From NCBI GenBank assembly GCA_043228905.1, contig JBHGNT010000017.1:10416001-10480000 (forward strand): DNA of 64,000 bases, in the 5' to 3' direction. Under the pieces are notes generated by a model. That model saw nothing but the letters and a program-made list of their open reading frames with translations. It had not been told where the DNA came from and did not search any database. This stretch comes from Azolla caroliniana (Eukaryota > Plantae > Polypodiophyta). This document shows, one piece after another, positions 59,601-64,000 of the stretch (position 1 is the first letter of the stretch; each line of letters opens with the position of its first letter). A program made the position numbers and the translations under genes.

Positions 59601-60531
59601 TCGGACTCCGGCCGGAATCATGATTTCTCAACGGCACTACATCCTCAACTTGTTATACAAGTTCGGTATGGCTAAGTGCAAATCCGTGGCAACCCCGCTC
59701 GATCGCAATCTCAAACTCGATGCAAACTCTGGCACCAAAGCGTGTGAGCCAACTTAGTATCGGCAACTCATCGGGAGTCTCATCTACCTCACGATCACAG
59801 GAACCGATCTCAATTATCCAGTCGGTCTCCTTAGCTAATTCATTCAAACACCGCGTGATACTCACTTGGATTGTGCAAAGCGAGTTCTACGATACGTGAG
59901 CGGCACAATGGATTGCGGCATCCTCTACAAGACCGCGATGCCAATACGCCTCGAGGGGTACACAGATGCCGATTGGACTGGCTACAAAGCCGATAGAAGA
60001 TCAACCTTTGGATTGGTTTTCTCCCTCAGCAGCGGAGCAATATCCTGGAGTAGCAAGAAGCAGCCTACCGTCGCTCTTTCGAGTACGGAGGCGGAATACA
60101 GGGGCGCAGCCGTAGCTGCGTGTGAAGCTGTATGGCTCAAGAGGATTTTGAAGGATCTGGGCGTACCCATCAAGGATCCGACTTCCCTTTACTGCGACAA
60201 CATGAGTAGTATCTGACTTGAGCTTGAGGGGGCGTGTTGAGAATCAAGCTCAACTTGGTCTAGTGTGTGAACTCACCTTGAGAGTGAATAGACACTCCAA
60301 CGGTCAAGAGTCACCATTAAGTCGCCTCTTTGTATTCTAGCATTTAGTATGAGTCATAGAATCATATTCTATGACACATAACTTATGAGCTTTCACATTC
60401 CCCATGCTCCATGAGCCTTGTAGTTAATGAAGAGAGAGGGTGACTATATAAAGCACCCTCCTCCCACCTTGTATTTAGTTGTGTCTTTCCCCTTTGTTAA
60501 TATACTTAACCTTGCGTATACTCTATCTCTC

Positions 60532-60566
<35 letters not shown>

Positions 60567-60617
60567 ATCTCATACACACACACACACACACACAGTTCAC
60601 ACCTATTCTGCTTCACA
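56630..60617 (+). mobile_element. 3' portion of a different copia (C5): gag end to RNase H, PPT, 3' LTR
   Basis: Second zinc knuckle CGYCGKLGHHEEEC, WFVDSGASNHM, integrase, LYVDDL, RNase H truncated at CDNMSSI; PPT GAGGGGGCG; LTR 60235-60617 (TGTTGAG...TTCACA). Confidence 0.9.
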
Positions 60618-63600
60618 AGAATCCATCTCTTGATTCTTTACATGGAGCATGTCCCAACATTCAAGTCACAATCAGGGATGTAGAGATCGAGCAACACTTT
60701 TTTGTGCAAGATTCGACTTCCCATTCGGTGATTCTTGGGCAACCCTACATAATATCATCAAGGATGGAGACTAAGGTGTTCGACAGTGGAGCAGCATTCG
60801 CTTGGGTGAAGAGTCTTGATGGTCAAAAGTCGGTTCAATTCTTGACAGTGTGAGCTAATCATGAGAGGAACGGAGATAGCCTCAGAGATGAGGCCTCGGA
60901 TTTTTAACATGGACTATTGAAGAATGGGGAAAAGATATTGTGAGAAAAAGTAAGTCCCCAAAAAGAAGAAAGAAGCAAGAAGGAAAAAGTTCTATATTTA
61001 GCACCTAATGGTGCATGTGGGATGACTACACTCAATGAGAGAGAAAAGCGTCAAGTTCAAAACTTTGAACATTGGCTAAAATAACAAGGAATATTAGAAG
61101 AAGAAGACAACATATCATGGGTCATGGAGGAAGCCTCATTTAACGATACAATTGGTGAAATAGAGAGTATCGTGGACTTGAGCCCTCATGAGCAACATAT
61201 TATTCAAGTCAACTCCATCAACATGTATACCGCCATCGACAAATGTTGTCGAGGGGTCATGGAGGAGTTGGTCAAAGTAAACACAAAATATAAATCAGTA
61301 GATAAGAAGGTCAAGCCAGTAGCTATTCCGTTACCGGAGGATAGTTGGCAAAGGATGAAAGAAGTTACCAAGGATCCAAGTCATAGAGACCCAAAGGGAT
61401 AGGCCATACCTTAATCGGAGAATCAAGAGGGAAACTCAAAGTCGGGAAGGATGACTTCCTTCTCCCCGAAGAAGAAGAAGGTTTCAGATGATGCTTGAGA
61501 GAGATGGGAAAGCCTTCGCCTTCTCTCCACAAGAAATCAGATGTGCCGATCCGAAGATGATAGAGACAATGGTGATATTTACGGTGCCGCATGTGCCTTG
61601 GAACCTCAAGCTGATACCGGTTCCAAGAGCTCACATTCCAAAGTTGATTGAGCTTGTAAGGGAAAAGGTTAGGATGGGAATTCTTGAGCCATCCAATGCT
61701 CCCTACTCCAATAGATGGTTTACAGTGCCGAAGAAGAATGGGTCCTTATGCTTTATTCAAGATCTCCAACCTGTCAAAAAGGTGACGATCCCAAATGCCA
61801 GAATTGGTCCAAGCATGGATGAATTTGTCGAAGCCGTCATGAGAAGATCGATCTATTCCATTGGTGATCTCTACTCGAGCTATGATCAATTTCAATTTCC
61901 AGTCGATAGTAGAGACATTACAACAATGAGGACATCGATTGGGTTGGTATGGATGTGCACCTTACCCCAAGGTGCGACAAACTCCGTAGCCCACATGGTG
62001 AATGCCATGAACAAAGTGTTAAAGGATTGTATTCCTGATATCACAATGCCTTTCTTAGATGACATTCCGATCAAAGGATGCTCCGGTGGAAGAAAAAGAT
62101 GAATCAAAATATGAAGATGGTTGTCGAAGATTCATCATCAATCATATAAAGGATGGCGAGAAGGTGTTGCAAAAGCTTGAGGATGCAAATCTCATGTTTT
62201 CGGGAGAGAAGTCCGCATTCGGTCAACCAAAAATATTGGTAGTAGGACACTTATGTGGATCTTATGGCCAGAAGCCATCTCCATCCAAGGTGAATGCTAT
62301 CCAAGAGATGAAAGAGGAGTGTGAGTTCCAAACAGACGTAAGAACATTCTTGGGATCATGTGCACTCTACCACATATGGATTCCACACTATGGCCATGTC
62401 GTTGAACCATTGTATGGACTACTAAAGAAAAGGAAGAAGTTTGAATGGGAAGACGAGCATACCTACGCGGTTTCAAAGTTGAAGAAACTATTATTGGAAG
62501 CTCCAGCATTGTGCAAAGTTGACTACACCAAAGGTACCCCGATATACATGACAGTGGATACGAGCCCAACCGGAATTGGATGGGTGATTAACCAAGAAGA
62601 CAAAGACAAAAATGGTATGCAATCTGATTCGGTGCAAATGTGTTGACCGGAAGACAAGAAAGTACGCCCAAGTGAAGGGAGAGCTATGGGGCATAGTATC
62701 CGCGGTTAAAACCGATCGTGACTACCTTATCTGAACAGAAGTCATAATCAAAACCGATTGTCTGCTTATTCTCGGGATGATATCCGGTTGTGCTACGCAG
62801 GATATTGCTATGCTACGATGGATTTCCTATATCAAGTCGCTCTACCCTGAGATTCGACATAGAACTGGAAACATAATGTGGTGGCCAATATGTCGTCAAG
62901 GGCAAGGTATGAGGGTGAAGAAGATCCACGTTCCGAGGAAGAGGATGTTGGCCTAAACTTCTTTACGGTTTCTTGTGCTCAGGTGCTAGAGGTGTTTAAA
63001 GTAGAAGATTCTGAGGGTGAATTCATCGAAATTGGCAAGTACTTAAGCTCTCTTACAAAGGATGAATCATGGTCAAAGGAAGACTACTACCGAATTAGGA
63101 AGAAGACCTACAAGTTCTTCCTCAAAGAAGGACATCTATGGAAGTTTCCAAAGAGGAAGAGTGGAACTCCACTTCGAGTGGTATGCAAGAAACAAGATCA
63201 ACAAACACTAATTGTTGAATTTCATGATAGTGTGTGTGTAGGTCATCGAGGTATATGGGCAACTTTTGCAAAGCTCAAGGAGAAGTATTGGTGGCCGGGT
63301 GTTTACAAAGATGTAGCAAGCTATGTTGAAACATGTGCGTGATGCCAATTATACTCGAATGTTCAATATAGGGATGAACTTCATCCAACATATCCATTAT
63401 CAATGCACTATAAGTGGTTGATAGACATAGTGGTTATGCCAATAGGATTGTGGCAAATGATATACCTCGTGCAAACAAGAGAGGATCTCACCAACCAAGT
63501 AGACGGTCGGGCACTAAGGAATAAAACAACTTTGGCGGTTTGCAAGTTTCTCTTTGATACAGATGTTATTTGTCGATACGGATGTGTCAACAAAATAGTA

Positions 63601-64000
63601 GCCGATAGAGGAGAATTAGATGCAAATGAAGCTAAAGAGTTTTTCTCAAGGATAGGCGTCAAATTATCACTTACCATGGCCTACAACCCGGAGGCAAATG
63701 GAAAGGTGGAACGGGGACATAGCGCAATTATAAAAGCTCTAGCAAAGGCTTGCGATGGGAATATGGGGGACTGGCCACGATTATCACCATATGCATTATG
63801 GACCGATAGAACTACACATCGCACGACTACTGGATATATGCCGTCCGAGCTCATATTAGGGCAAAAACCAATAATGCCTATCGATCAAAGTGTTACCTCA
63901 TGGACGGTTTTGCCATGGCAACAGGAGATGAGTCGAGAAGACTTGCTAGCTACAAGGATCCAACAACTAGAACGGAGACCCAGAGATGTCAAGTTAGAAA
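60618..64000 (+). mobile_element. Second gypsy family B pol remnant (protease end, RT, RNase H, integrase); runs off the window
   Basis: LHGACPNIQV...VILGQPY, PHVPWNLKLIPVPRA, YSNRWFTVPKKNG, PFLDDIPIKG, VDTSPTGIG, GHRGIWATF, AYNPEANGKVERGH; homologous to 39676-42400. Confidence 0.92.

Overview
Eukaryotic nuclear DNA from a land plant, most likely a non-seed plant such as a fern (inferred from the style of the PLS-class PPR gene, a Tcn1-like chromovirus and a Sola-type transposase). About 85% of the window is nested, mostly decayed transposable elements. Ty3/gypsy: a chromovirus (279-4577), several pieces of a non-chromovirus family with accessory ORFs ('A'), and a second family ('B') with a solo LTR. 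Ty1/copia: one small-LTR group in at least five copies plus a Tnt1/Tork-like element. Also present are L1- and RTE-like LINE fragments and a Sola/DUF7869-type DNA transposase pseudogene. The only host gene is an intronless PLS-type PPR gene (about 32.9-35.3 kb) that appears damaged at both ends. Most notable: (1) the chromovirus has a self-complementary, Tf1-type primer binding site and also a tRNA-like A-box/B-box in both LTRs; (2) a 10-bp inverted repeat brackets the PPT/3'LTR junction in three copia elements with different LTRs, and two of them also carry a second upstream PPT copy; (3) a perfect 37-bp hairpin lies just upstream of the PPR ORF. All family assignments come from motif recognition by eye, not database searches.
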